A stretch of DNA of 64,000 bases from an uncultured Mediterraneibacter sp. (GCA_934418295.1 CAKRWZ010000001.1:1611-65610); one strand, 5' to 3'; counted from the first letter of the stretch, positions 1 to 9,510 are shown. Notes: a model not told the origin generated them from the sequence alone. A program made the numbers and translations.

Positions 1-280
1 CGGTGCGATCTTTATCGGAGAATACAGCAGCGAGCCTTTGGGTGACTATTTTGCCGGACCGAACCACATTCTTCCGACCAACGGAACCGCAAAATTCTTC
101 TCACCGCTGTCGGTAGATGATTTCCTGAAAAAATCCAGCATCATTTCTTATTCCCGAGAAGCACTGCAGGCGGTACATAAAGATATCGAAAGTTTTGCGG
201 AGGCAGAGCTGCTTACCGCCCATGCAAATTCTATCCGGGTCCGTTTTGAAGAAGAGGACTCAGCGGGAGGTGCCAAATGA
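1..280 (+). CDS. hisD: Histidinol dehydrogenase, C-terminal fragment (gene starts upstream of the window)
   Basis: Frame is open from position 2. Translation [44 protein letters not shown] matches the conserved HisD C-terminus. ATGA overlap with the hisB start. Confidence 0.85.
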   Translation, partial: GAIFIGEYSSEPLGDYFAGPNHILPTNGTAKFFSPLSVDDFLKKSSIISYSREALQAVHKDIESFAEAELLTAHANSIRVRFEEEDSAGGAK

Positions 281-867
281 AACAACGTACGGGAACTTCG
301 GTAAGAAAGACAAAAGAAACGGAGATTTCGGTCAAGATCTGTCTGGACGGAACAGGCGAAAACAAGATCCATACCGGCATCGGCTTTTTTGACCATATGT
401 TGTCCGGTTTTGCCAGACACGGCCTTTTTAATCTGGAAGTGGAGGCAAAAGGTGACCTAGACGTAGATTGCCACCATACGGTGGAGGATACTGGCATCGT
501 TTTAGGAAATGCGATCACAGATGCGTTGGGCGACAAGGCCGGGATTAAACGATACGGAAGTTTTCTTTTGCCCATGGACGAGACACTGGCCATGTGTGCA
601 GTCGATCTGTCCGGCCGTCCGTATCTGAACTTTCAGGCAGAATTTACATCTGACAAACTCGGAGATCTGGATACCGAAATGATCCGCGAATTTTTCTATG
701 CGGTATCTTACAGCGCAGCCATGAATCTTCATCTGAAGATCCTGGATGCGGGAAATAATCATCATATGGCGGAAGCACTGTTCAAGGCTTTTGGAAAAGC
801 GTTGGATATGGCGACGATGGAAGAACCCAGAATGTCCGGCGTATGGTCTACAAAAGGCAGTCTGTAA
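277..867 (+). CDS. hisB: Imidazoleglycerol-phosphate dehydratase
   Basis: 196 aa. Motifs [17 protein letters not shown], DxHHxxED and NxHHxxEAxFKA are typical of IGPD. Operon context with hisD. Confidence 0.92.
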   Translation: MKQRTGTSVRKTKETEISVKICLDGTGENKIHTGIGFFDHMLSGFARHGLFNLEVEAKGDLDVDCHHTVEDTGIVLGNAITDALGDKAGIKRYGSFLLPMDETLAMCAVDLSGRPYLNFQAEFTSDKLGDLDTEMIREFFYAVSYSAAMNLHLKILDAGNNHHMAEALFKAFGKALDMATMEEPRMSGVWSTKGSL

Positions 868-884
868 AGGAGAACAAAGTAAAA

Positions 885-2168
885 ATGAGCTATAAACGAC
901 TGATTCCCTCTATTTTTATTTATCAGGGAAAGGCAATCAAATGGTTTGACGATAAAAAGGTGCTGTCGGACAATGTGATCACTTTGGCAAGACAGTACAG
1001 CGATCAGGGGGCCGACGGCCTGTTGATCTTTGATTTGTCCGATACGGATGAGGATCACGACGAAGCGATCGATCTGATCAAAAAAATGCACCGTAAAGTC
1101 AGCATTCCTATTATTGCCGGCGGCAACATCAAAAAATTGGAAGATGTGAAAAAATTTCTTTATGCCGGTGCAAAACAGGCGGTTTTAAACTTTTCTAAAT
1201 CCTCCAGCGTTACGTTGATCGAGGAAGTGTCAAAACGCTTCGGAAAAGACCGAATCCTGGCATCTTTATATGATTTTGACGCGCTGTTTAAACAGCAGAA
1301 ACTGATCGAAGAATACAGCGCAGGCATTGTATTCATGCATCGCGTGGATATGAATTCTGTTTCAAACGTCACAGAATTACCATATGTTGTATTGACAGAC
1401 ACAATGGAAGACCAGGAGATCTTCAAGATCCTTAAAGCCAGCGGAGCCAGCGGTGTGTCCGGAAAATTTGTCAGCCAGAAAGAATTTGCTTTCGACAAAT
1501 TTAAACAGAAATGTGCGGATGAGGGGATCAAAATGACCTCTTTTGAAAGCATGATGGAATTTTCGGAATTCAAATTGAACAGTGACGGTCTGATCCCGGT
1601 GATCGTACAGGATTATAAGACCAACAGTGTATTAATGCTTGCCTATATGGATCAGAAGGCTTTTGAACATACGATCAAATCTGGAAAAATGACGTATTAC
1701 AGCCGCAGCCGAAAAGCCCAGTGGGTAAAAGGTGAGACCTCCGGCCATTATCAGTATGTCAAGACACTTACCGTTGACTGCGATAAGGACACGCTTCTGG
1801 CCAAAGTAGAACAGATCGGGGCAGCCTGTCATACCGGAAACCCGACCTGCTTTTTCCAGCCGGTGGCAGGGACAGATCCGGATACCCGAAATCCGATCAA
1901 AGTGTTTGAGGCCGTTTACACGACCATCGAGGATCGGAAAAAACATCCAAAAGAAGGCTCTTATACCAATTATCTTTTTGACAAAGGAATCGACAAGATT
2001 CTGAAAAAAGTCGGCGAAGAGTGTACGGAGCTTGTGATCGCTGCAAAGAACCCGAATCCGGAAGAAATCAAGTACGAAATGTCCGATTTCCTGTATCATG
2101 CGATGGTTCTGATGGTAGAAAAAGGAATCACCTGGGAAGACATCACGCAGGAGCTTGCGCAGCGCTGA
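885..2168 (+). CDS. hisIE: Fusion protein: N-terminal HisA/HisF-like (beta/alpha)8 barrel domain plus HisI (PR-AMP cyclohydrolase) plus HisE (PR-ATP pyrophosphatase)
   Basis: ATG at 885 lies 10 nt after AAGGAGA. The N-terminus (RLIPSIFIYQGKAIKW, IPIIAGGNIKKLEDVKKFLYAGAKQAVLN) resembles HisA/F. The middle (LIPVIVQDY...WVKGETSGHYQYV...DCDKDTLL...GAACHTG) is HisI. The C-terminus (SYTNYLF...KKVGEECTELVIAAKN...EMSDFLYHAMVLM) is HisE. Confidence 0.8.
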   Translation: MSYKRLIPSIFIYQGKAIKWFDDKKVLSDNVITLARQYSDQGADGLLIFDLSDTDEDHDEAIDLIKKMHRKVSIPIIAGGNIKKLEDVKKFLYAGAKQAVLNFSKSSSVTLIEEVSKRFGKDRILASLYDFDALFKQQKLIEEYSAGIVFMHRVDMNSVSNVTELPYVVLTDTMEDQEIFKILKASGASGVSGKFVSQKEFAFDKFKQKCADEGIKMTSFESMMEFSEFKLNSDGLIPVIVQDYKTNSVLMLAYMDQKAFEHTIKSGKMTYYSRSRKAQWVKGETSGHYQYVKTLTVDCDKDTLLAKVEQIGAACHTGNPTCFFQPVAGTDPDTRNPIKVFEAVYTTIEDRKKHPKEGSYTNYLFDKGIDKILKKVGEECTELVIAAKNPNPEEIKYEMSDFLYHAMVLMVEKGITWEDITQELAQR

Positions 2169-2268
2169 TTTTGCGTCCATCGGCATATCCTTTTGAGCAT
2201 GTTCATAAACATTTATAAATGAGGATCTGTAAAGATCCGTGTTCGGTTTGAAAGGATCATAGAGTGAG

Positions 2269-2580
2269 ATGAATGAATCAGAGCAGCGTCGGAGACAGCT
2301 TCTTAGGGAAACCAGAAATCTGTATCAGGAGAAGGATCCGTTTCCTGCTGTACATCCGCGTTATCGAATCATGTCGGAACTGACTTCGGAACGGACGGAA
2401 CGTGCACCGAAAGGGAGCTTAAAACTCCGCATCGGAATAAGCCTGCTGTGTTTTGTCTGCTACCTTTTCATGGAATATGGAAAGGTTTCGATCAGACATA
2501 TCGACAGCAGTACGGTCCGTGCACAGATCAAAAAAGAATTCCATTTTACCCAAATAAATGATATATTAAAAGGGTTATAA
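2269..2580 (+). CDS. Hypothetical small protein with one predicted transmembrane helix
   Basis: 103-aa ORF with a hydrophobic stretch (LRIGISLLCFVCYLFM), followed directly by a strong intrinsic terminator. No recognisable family. Confidence 0.4.
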   Translation: MNESEQRRRQLLRETRNLYQEKDPFPAVHPRYRIMSELTSERTERAPKGSLKLRIGISLLCFVCYLFMEYGKVSIRHIDSSTVRAQIKKEFHFTQINDILKGL

Positions 2581-2602
2581 AAAGGTCCGATGGACCTTTT
2601 TT
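2579..2602 (+). terminator. Rho-independent terminator
   Basis: AAAGGTCC-gat-GGACCTTT hairpin followed by a T-run, immediately after the stop codon at 2578-2580. Confidence 0.7.
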
Positions 2603-2637
2603 AATTAGACAGATACATCAATATTGAAGGAGATCTC

Positions 2638-4503
2638 ATGAGAAAACTTGCCTTAGACGATGAAATATTATTAAAAATCGAAAAACCTGCCCGCTATATC
2701 GGCGGAGAGTACAATTCCGTCATGAAAGATCCAAAGGAAGTCGACATCCGATTTGCCATGTGTTTTCCGGACGTTTATGAGATCGGAATGTCACATCTGG
2801 GCATTCAGATCTTATATGATCTTTTAAACAAAATGGAGGGAGTATGGTGTGAGCGGGTTTACTCTCCCTGGACGGATCTGCACAAAATCATGAAGGAACA
2901 AAAGATTCCATTGTTTGCATTGGAATCTCAGGATCCGATTAAAGAATTTGATTTTCTGGGGATCACACTTCAATATGAAATGTGTTATACCAATATTCTC
3001 CAGATTTTAGACTTAAGCGGGATCCACCGTTACAGCAAAGACCGTACCGATGAGGAACCGATCGTGGTGTGCGGAGGTCCTTGTGTGTTCAATCCCGAGC
3101 CGATCGCAGATTTTTTTGATATGGTCTGTATCGGAGACGGGGAATATATCTATGATGATGTGCTAAAGCTTTACCGGGAATGTAAAAAAGCAGGAAAATC
3201 CAGAAAAGAATTTCTGGAACTGGCGGCAGACTGTGAAGGAATCTACATTCCGCAGTTTTACGAAACCGATTATAAAGAAGACGGAACCATCGCGGATTTC
3301 CGTTCGGTCAATCCCCACGCAAAAGAGCGGATCCGAAGGCTGGCAGTTACGGATCTGGATGGGGCGCCTTACCCGGAAAAACCGGTCGTACCGTTTATCA
3401 AGGCGGTGCAGGATCGTGTTGTTTTGGAGATACAGAGAGGTTGTATACGTGGATGCAGATTCTGCCAGGCGGGCATGATCTATCGTCCAAACCGGGAAAA
3501 GGGCGTAAAAGTCCTGAAAGAACATGCGGTAAATTTATTAAAAAATACAGGACATGAAGAGATTTCGCTGAGTTCTCTGAGCTCCAGTGATTACAAAGAG
3601 CTGGAAGAGCTGGTAACGTTTTTGATGCAAGAAGGGAAAAACCAGCAGGTCAATATTTCTTTGCCTTCACTCCGGATCGATGCGTTTTCCCTGGACGTGA
3701 TGAGCCAGATCCAGGATATCCGGAAGAGCAGCCTTACGTTCGCCCCGGAAGCAGGATCCCAGAGAATGCGCAATGTGATCAATAAAGGGTTGACGGAAGA
3801 CGATATCATGGAGGGGATCGGACAGGCCTTTGCCGGTGGCTGGACGAAGGTGAAGTATTACTTTATGCTGGGTCTGCCTACGGAAACGGAAGAAGATATG
3901 AAAGAGATCGCCCATCTCTGTGAGCGTTCCGCAAGGAAATATTATGAGATCCCCAAAGACCAGCGAAACGGAAAGTGCCTGATCACGGCCAGTTCGGCAT
4001 TCTTTGTTCCAAAACCGTTTACGCCGTTTCAATGGGCGGTCATGTATCCGGCGGAAGAGTATATCCGCAGGGCTTCTGTAGTGCGCCATGAATTTGCGCA
4101 GCAGCTCAACCGGAAGAGCTTGAAATACAATTGGCACGAGGCAGACGTCACCTTGCTGGAGGGCGTTTTTGCCCGAGGTGACCGGCGTCTGGCCAAAGTC
4201 TTGGAAAAGGCGTATGAACTGGGGTGTCTGTTCGATTCCTGGACGGAAAGTTTTCAGAAAGATTTGTGGGATCAGGCTTTTGAAAATACGGGTGTGGATA
4301 TGGATTTTTACACACTTCGCGAAAGAGATACCGAAGAAATCCTGCCATGGGATTTTATTGATGTGGGTGTGAGCAAAGCGTTTTTGCAACGGGAATGGGA
4401 ACGTGCCTTACAAGGGGTCGTAACACCGAACTGCAGACAGCAGTGTTCCGGCTGTGGTGCCGCAAAATACCAGGGAGGCGTTTGTTATGAAGGTAAGAAT
4501 TAA
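2638..4503 (+). CDS. B12-binding-domain radical SAM protein (TIGR03960-like family, function unknown)
   Basis: 621 aa. CIRGCRFCQAG is a CxxxCxxC radical SAM cluster motif. The N-terminus (KPARYIGGEYN) and the C-terminal Cys-rich tail are typical of this family. Followed by its usual DUF2344 partner. Confidence 0.8.
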   Translation: MRKLALDDEILLKIEKPARYIGGEYNSVMKDPKEVDIRFAMCFPDVYEIGMSHLGIQILYDLLNKMEGVWCERVYSPWTDLHKIMKEQKIPLFALESQDPIKEFDFLGITLQYEMCYTNILQILDLSGIHRYSKDRTDEEPIVVCGGPCVFNPEPIADFFDMVCIGDGEYIYDDVLKLYRECKKAGKSRKEFLELAADCEGIYIPQFYETDYKEDGTIADFRSVNPHAKERIRRLAVTDLDGAPYPEKPVVPFIKAVQDRVVLEIQRGCIRGCRFCQAGMIYRPNREKGVKVLKEHAVNLLKNTGHEEISLSSLSSSDYKELEELVTFLMQEGKNQQVNISLPSLRIDAFSLDVMSQIQDIRKSSLTFAPEAGSQRMRNVINKGLTEDDIMEGIGQAFAGGWTKVKYYFMLGLPTETEEDMKEIAHLCERSARKYYEIPKDQRNGKCLITASSAFFVPKPFTPFQWAVMYPAEEYIRRASVVRHEFAQQLNRKSLKYNWHEADVTLLEGVFARGDRRLAKVLEKAYELGCLFDSWTESFQKDLWDQAFENTGVDMDFYTLRERDTEEILPWDFIDVGVSKAFLQREWERALQGVVTPNCRQQCSGCGAAKYQGGVCYEGKN

Positions 4504-5197
4504 ATTTCGGAAATACGGAGCGCTGCGTTATATCGGACATCTGGATGTGATGCGTTATTTCCAGAAAGCGCTGCGCAGGGCAGAGCTGCCTGTGGCTTTT
4601 ACCTCCGGTTACAGCCCACATATGATCATGTCGTTTGCCAGCCCTCTGGGGATCGGTCTTACCAGTGACGGCGAGTATTTCGATCTGGAATTGACAGAAC
4701 CTGTGGATTCAAAAGAAGCAGTGGAAAACCTGAATGAAGTAGGGGTGGAAGGCATTGAAGTCCTGAGCCTGGTGCAGATCCCGGAAGAAAAGAAAGCCGG
4801 CGGAATGGCATCTGTTGCGGCAGCAGAATATCTGGTGTCCGGGAAAAATGCTTCGCTGCCGGAAGAATGGGCAGAAAAAGCAGCCGATTTTCTGAAACAG
4901 GAAACGATCTGCATTACGAAAAAAACGAAAAGAAGCGAGCAGGAAGTAGACATTCTTCCTATGATCTATCAATTTGAAATGACAGAAGACGGTATATTTA
5001 TGCGTCTGGCAGCGGGCAGTGAGCAGAATCTGAAACCAGATCTGGTGATACAGGCTTTGTGTCGGTTTACAGGACGGGAATTCCGGGAAAGCGATTATCA
5101 TTTTCATCGCGTGGAACTTTATGCAAAAGACGGAACGGGCAACGGATTTGTCAGTCTGGAAGCTCTTGGCACCCCGGTTTCACGAAAGGATTTTTAA
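4487..5197 (+). CDS. Radical SAM-associated protein (DUF2344 / TIGR03936-like)
   Basis: ATG at 4487 overlaps the end of the radical SAM gene by 17 nt. The N-terminus MKVRIKFRKYGALRYIGHLDVMRYFQKALRRA is the family signature as I recall it. Confidence 0.75.
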   Translation: MKVRIKFRKYGALRYIGHLDVMRYFQKALRRAELPVAFTSGYSPHMIMSFASPLGIGLTSDGEYFDLELTEPVDSKEAVENLNEVGVEGIEVLSLVQIPEEKKAGGMASVAAAEYLVSGKNASLPEEWAEKAADFLKQETICITKKTKRSEQEVDILPMIYQFEMTEDGIFMRLAAGSEQNLKPDLVIQALCRFTGREFRESDYHFHRVELYAKDGTGNGFVSLEALGTPVSRKDF

Positions 5198-5208
5198 ACG
5201 GTGCTGCT

Positions 5209-6408
5209 ATGGAAAGAAAACTGATCGTAACCAAAAACAAAGACCAGGTCTATACGGCACTTTTGGAAGACCATATTCTGGCAGAACTGCATCTGTCGGA
5301 AAAGGATCCGAAACGTATGGCTGCGGGGGATATTTACATCGGAAAGATCAAAAAGATCAATGCCAACATCGGTGCAATGTTCATTGAGACGGCTCCCGGT
5401 ATAGAGTGTTATTGTCCGTTAAAGCTTGCAAACGAACCGTTTTTTTCTAAAAAAGCCGGGAAAAAGCCACTTTGTATCGGCGATGAACTGGTCGTAGAAA
5501 TCAAAAAAGAGGCTTCCAAAGGGAAAATTCCTTCGGTAACTACAGATTTCAGTATAAAAGGACGGTTGGCTGTCCTGGTTCACGGAAAAGAAAACATCGG
5601 CGTCTCCGGGAAGATTCCTCCCGTCAGAAAAGCAGAATTAAAGCAATGGGCATCCGGCTTCCATATGGAAAATTGCGGGTTGATCCTGAGAACCGGTGCA
5701 GCAAAAGCTGAAAAAGAAACGCTCCTTTCCGAAACAGACAAATTGCAGGAACAATATCAAAGCCTGTTGCAGACAGCTCCTTTTCGGACTTGTTTTTCCT
5801 GTCTCTATAAAGCACCGCCGGAATATCTGGAAGTATTCCGGAATCATTATGCGGCCGAGCTGACGGAGATCGTGACAGACGATCCGGATCTGTATCAAGA
5901 GATCCGGGATTTCCTGGAAAAGGAGATGCCTTCTCTGCTGCATGCTCTCAGAAAATATGAAGATGCCATGCTTCCGCTGCGAAAGTTTTACAACCTGGAT
6001 ATGGAGCTTACACATGCCTTGGCTGAAAAAGTATGGATCCGATATGGAGGATTTCTGGTCATACAGCCGACAGAAGCACTGACAGTGATCGATGTAAATT
6101 CAGGGAAATGTACGGAAGGAAAAGACCGGGAAAAAACGTTCCTGAAACTAAACATAGAAGCGGCGAGGGAAGCGGCGAGACAGATCCGCCTGCGAAATCT
6201 CTCCGGGATCATCTTGATCGATTTTATCAATCTGGCCAGAGAGGAGGACACGCAGAGCCTTCTGCATTTTTTCCGGGAAGAATTGGCAAAAGACCCTGTG
6301 CGGACCAATCTGATCGACGTCACAAAGCTTCAACTGGTGGAAGTGACACGGGAAAAAGTGAAAAAGCCGTTATCAGAATGCGTGAAGGGACAAACAGGAC
6401 CAATCTGA
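5209..6408 (+). CDS. rng: Rne/Rng family ribonuclease (RNase G-like)
   Basis: Internal ATG at 5209 (MERKLIV) chosen because the longer ORF overlaps the upstream gene. S1-like N-terminus (GDIYIGKIKKINANIGAMFIE) and the LTVIDVNSGK motif of the RNase E/G catalytic domain. Confidence 0.8.
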   Translation: MERKLIVTKNKDQVYTALLEDHILAELHLSEKDPKRMAAGDIYIGKIKKINANIGAMFIETAPGIECYCPLKLANEPFFSKKAGKKPLCIGDELVVEIKKEASKGKIPSVTTDFSIKGRLAVLVHGKENIGVSGKIPPVRKAELKQWASGFHMENCGLILRTGAAKAEKETLLSETDKLQEQYQSLLQTAPFRTCFSCLYKAPPEYLEVFRNHYAAELTEIVTDDPDLYQEIRDFLEKEMPSLLHALRKYEDAMLPLRKFYNLDMELTHALAEKVWIRYGGFLVIQPTEALTVIDVNSGKCTEGKDREKTFLKLNIEAAREAARQIRLRNLSGIILIDFINLAREEDTQSLLHFFREELAKDPVRTNLIDVTKLQLVEVTREKVKKPLSECVKGQTGPI

Positions 6409-6437
6409 TTATATATGAACGAAAGGACGGAAAGAAT

Positions 6438-6938
6438 ATGGGCAAAAAAGAATTAAAAACCAATGCCATGCGCATTTTAGACCGAAATAAAATTCCTTAT
6501 GAATATCAGACCTATGAATGTGAAGAATTTACAGACGGGATCGAAACCGCAGATTATTTGGGACTTCCCCATGAAATGGTTTATAAAACTCTGGTACTGA
6601 CCGGAAAAAGCGGACAGCACTATGTGTTCGTCATCCCGGTGGCAGAAGAGATCGATCTGAAAAAGGCAGCCCGTTGCGTAAAAGAGAAGTCCTGTGAGCT
6701 TCTCCACCTGAAAGATCTCACGAAAGTGACCGGATATGTCCGGGGCGGCTGTACGGCTCTCGGCATGAAAAAACAGTTTCCGACGATCATCGACGACACG
6801 GCAAAAGGGCTGGATCAGATGTATGTCAGCGGCGGAAAGATCGGCATGCAGATCAAATTAAAACCGGATGATCTGAAAAAAGCAGCAAATGCAGAATACG
6901 CAGATGTCATTTTTCGGAAAGCGGCAGAAAACGATTAA
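6438..6938 (+). CDS. ybaK: Cys-tRNA(Pro)/Cys-tRNA(Cys) deacylase YbaK
   Basis: ATG at 6438 follows GAAAGGA. Sequence KTNAMRILDRNKIPYE...YKTLVL...GYVRGGCTALGMKK is typical of YbaK/EbsC. Confidence 0.8.
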   Translation: MGKKELKTNAMRILDRNKIPYEYQTYECEEFTDGIETADYLGLPHEMVYKTLVLTGKSGQHYVFVIPVAEEIDLKKAARCVKEKSCELLHLKDLTKVTGYVRGGCTALGMKKQFPTIIDDTAKGLDQMYVSGGKIGMQIKLKPDDLKKAANAEYADVIFRKAAEND

Positions 6939-7068
6939 GAAAGTGCATAAAAATACAATTATAGATTTACAATTATATTTTATATCGTTATAATAGGAAA
7001 TCGATACGATTTGTAGAAAGTTTCAGAAATGAAATAAAACAGATACAGATACACCGGAGGAATGAGAA

Positions 7069-8388
7069 ATGAAGAAAGTAGTGAAATTTGGCGGCAGTTC
7101 TCTGGCCAACGCAGAACAATTTCAGAAAGTCGGGAAAATCATCCGAGCAGAAGAGGCACGGCGTTATGTAGTTCCTTCCGCTCCGGGCAAACGTTTTTCT
7201 GCGGATATAAAAGTAACAGATATGCTCTATGACTGTTATGCAGACGCCGTTGAGGAGAAAGATATCACCGAAAAGCTGGCGCAGATCAAAGCGCGTTACG
7301 ATGAAATCATTACAGGATTGCAGTTAGATGTTTCTTTGGACACAGAATTTGAAACGATCCGGAAAAATTTTGAAGAAAAAGCAGGAAAAGCTTACGCTGC
7401 TTCCAGAGGAGAATATTTAAACGGTATCGTAATGTCTGTGTATTTGGGTTACACTTTTGTGGATGCAGCAGAAGTGATCCGTTTTGACGAAGACGAAATT
7501 TTTGACGAAGAGGCAACAGACCAGCTCCTTGCAGACAAACTGAAAAATATGGAAAATGCAGTGGTACCCGGATTTTACGGTGCAAAAGCAGACGGAACCA
7601 TCGTGACCTTCTCACGGGGCGGTTCCGATATTACTGGTTCTTTGGTCGCTTTGGCCGTAAATGCAGATGTGTACGAAAATTGGACGGATGTGTCCGGCTT
7701 TTTGATCGCAGATCCGCGGATCGTCAAAAAACCAAAAGCGATCGAGACCATTACCTACAAAGAATTGCGTGAGCTTTCTTATATGGGAGCATCCGTTTTG
7801 CATGAGGATGCAATTTTCCCGGTAAGAAAAGCCGGGATCCCGATCAATATCCGAAATACCAACCATCCGGAAGACAAAGGAACCCTGATCGTAGAAAGCA
7901 CATGCAAATGCCCGAAATATACGATCACAGGTATCGCCGGAACAGACGAATTTGTTTCCGTCACAGTAGAAAAAGCCATGATGAACTCTGAGATCGGTTT
8001 CTGCCGGAAAGTCCTGAGCGTGTTTGAGGAAAACGGCATTTCCATCGAACATATGCCTTCCGGTATCGACACCATGACGATCTTTCTGCACAAAGATGTT
8101 TTTGAAGACAAAGAGCAGAAAGTGATCGCCGGTATCCACAAAGCGGTAAACCCTGATCATATCGAACTGGAATCCGATCTGGCACTGATCGCCATCGTGG
8201 GAAGAGGAATGAAAGCGACCCGCGGAACCGCAGGACGCATCTTTTCTGCATTGGCCCACGCCAATATCAACGTCAAGATGATTGACCAGGGATCCAGTGA
8301 GCTGAATATCATCGTCGGAGTACGACACGACGATTTCAAAAATGCGATCCGTGCATTGTATGATATTTTTGTAGAAACACGACTGTAA
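7069..8388 (+). CDS. Aspartate kinase
   Basis: 439 aa. N-terminal VVKFGGSSL amino-acid-kinase motif, C-terminal ACT-like repeats (IAIVGRGM, NINVKMIDQGSSE). RBS GGAGG upstream. Confidence 0.88.
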   Translation: MKKVVKFGGSSLANAEQFQKVGKIIRAEEARRYVVPSAPGKRFSADIKVTDMLYDCYADAVEEKDITEKLAQIKARYDEIITGLQLDVSLDTEFETIRKNFEEKAGKAYAASRGEYLNGIVMSVYLGYTFVDAAEVIRFDEDEIFDEEATDQLLADKLKNMENAVVPGFYGAKADGTIVTFSRGGSDITGSLVALAVNADVYENWTDVSGFLIADPRIVKKPKAIETITYKELRELSYMGASVLHEDAIFPVRKAGIPINIRNTNHPEDKGTLIVESTCKCPKYTITGIAGTDEFVSVTVEKAMMNSEIGFCRKVLSVFEENGISIEHMPSGIDTMTIFLHKDVFEDKEQKVIAGIHKAVNPDHIELESDLALIAIVGRGMKATRGTAGRIFSALAHANINVKMIDQGSSELNIIVGVRHDDFKNAIRALYDIFVETRL

Positions 8389-8393
8389 AATGA

Positions 8394-8422
8394 TTGACTT
8401 TTTATAAAGTGTCAGATATAAT
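8394..8422 (+). promoter_or_regulatory. Sigma-A type promoter of the rplU operon
   Basis: TTGACT (8394-8399), exactly 17 nt of spacer, then TATAAT (8417-8422). About 87 nt upstream of the rplU ATG. Confidence 0.6.
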
Positions 8423-8429
8423 ATAACAG

Positions 8430-8508
8430 TATGCCGCACAACGAGGTTTTTTTAAGATTCCCCTGGGGAACGCCGAAGTTGGCGAGTAATGATTACAGGA
8501 GGTGCCAT
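8430..8508 (+). promoter_or_regulatory. 5' leader of rplU-prp-rpmA (possible L21-leader-type autoregulatory RNA)
   Basis: About 80-nt untranslated leader with two short hairpins (TTCC-cctgg-GGAA; CGCC-gaagtt-GGCG). Firmicutes have a described L21 leader in this position. I did not align it to the family. Confidence 0.25.
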
Positions 8509-8817
8509 ATGTACGCGATTATAGCAACAGGTGGTAAACAGTACAAAGTAGCCGAAGGCGATATCATTAAAGTAGAGAAGCTGGGCGTTGAAGCTGGAGA
8601 GACATACACATTCGATCAGGTGCTTGCAGTAGCAAAAGATAACCTGGTGATCGGAACTCCGACTGTAGAAGGCGCAACAGTTACAGGATCTGTAATTGAA
8701 AACGGCAAAGGCAAAAAAGTTGTTGTTTACAAGTATAAGAGAAAAACCGGATATCATAAGAAAAATGGACACAGACAGCAGTACACAGCGGTAAAGATCG
8801 AAAAGATCAACGCCTAA
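8509..8817 (+). CDS. rplU: 50S ribosomal protein L21
   Basis: [18 protein letters not shown]... is the canonical L21 N-terminus. RBS AGGAGG lies 7 nt upstream. Confidence 0.95.
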   Translation: MYAIIATGGKQYKVAEGDIIKVEKLGVEAGETYTFDQVLAVAKDNLVIGTPTVEGATVTGSVIENGKGKKVVVYKYKRKTGYHKKNGHRQQYTAVKIEKINA

Positions 8818-8835
8818 TCTGAAGTTTGAAGTTAT

Positions 8836-9177
8836 ATGATCCATATAACCATTTATCAGGATATTCAAAGAAAGTGTGTCGGGTTTCTTGCAGACGGGCA
8901 TGCCGGTTATGCTGATGCAGGACAAGATATTGTATGCGCAGCGGCATCTGTACTTATGATAAATACCATAAATGCGATCGAGCGTTATGCGGATGATCAG
9001 GCAGATCTTCAGGCAGACGAAGAGAGCGGCAGGATGGAGTATCGGATACAGGGAGATCCCTCATACGAAGCAGAACTTTTATTAAATGCCATGATCCTGG
9101 GACTTCAGGATATGACAGACGACAACAGTTACAGTGAATACATCTACGTAGATTTCGAGGAGGTGCAGCAATCATGA
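8836..9177 (+). CDS. prp: Ribosomal-processing cysteine protease Prp (YsxB)
   Basis: Located between rplU and rpmA. GHAGYA...[12 protein letters not shown] motif with the catalytic His/Cys pair. Confidence 0.88.
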   Translation: MIHITIYQDIQRKCVGFLADGHAGYADAGQDIVCAAASVLMINTINAIERYADDQADLQADEESGRMEYRIQGDPSYEAELLLNAMILGLQDMTDDNSYSEYIYVDFEEVQQS

Positions 9178-9458
9178 TGAAGTTGAATCTTCAGTTTTTT
9201 GCTCATAAAAAAGGAGTTGGTTCTTCCAAGAACGGTCGTGATTCCGAATCAAAAAGACTTGGAGCCAAAAGAGCTGACGGACAGTTTGTAAAAGCCGGAA
9301 ACATTCTCTACAGACAGAGAGGTACAAAGATTCACCCTGGTATCAACGTGGGACGCGGTAAAGACGATACTTTATTCGCTCTGGTTGACGGTGTGGTACG
9401 CTTTGAAAGAAAAGGAAGAGACAAAAAGCAGGTTTCTATCTATCCGGCAGCTGAGTAA
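9174..9458 (+). CDS. rpmA: 50S ribosomal protein L27 (with Prp-cleaved N-terminal extension)
   Basis: [24 protein letters not shown].... The LNLQFFA propeptide is the Firmicute Prp cleavage motif. ATGA overlap with prp. Confidence 0.95.
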   Translation: MMKLNLQFFAHKKGVGSSKNGRDSESKRLGAKRADGQFVKAGNILYRQRGTKIHPGINVGRGKDDTLFALVDGVVRFERKGRDKKQVSIYPAAE

Positions 9459-9468
9459 TCAGATTGTT

Positions 9469-9510
9469 AAAAGCTTCAGGAGGCAGTCAGCCATCTGGAG
9501 CTTTTCTTTT
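9469..9510 (+). terminator. Intrinsic terminator or attenuator between rpmA and obg
   Basis: AAAAGCTTCAG ... CTGGAGCTTTT forms an 11-bp stem (one G-T pair, 15-nt loop), followed by CTTTT. Confidence 0.45.

Noticed and set aside
5059-5208. N-terminal extensions of track ORFs, for example 5059 for RNase G, 6033 for ybaK, 8431 for rplU, 22065 for the recombinase, 52585-53328 for the cyclo-ligase, 42068 for the FAD protein and 37171 for PBP2.
   Set aside because: The extensions overlap upstream genes or lack an RBS and family-like sequence. Internal starts with good Shine-Dalgarno spacing reproduce the canonical N-termini.
6939-7068. Possible lysine riboswitch (L-box) or T-box upstream of aspartate kinase.
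   Set aside because: The spacer is only about 130 nt, very AT-rich, and shows none of the conserved L-box helices or a terminator/antiterminator pair.
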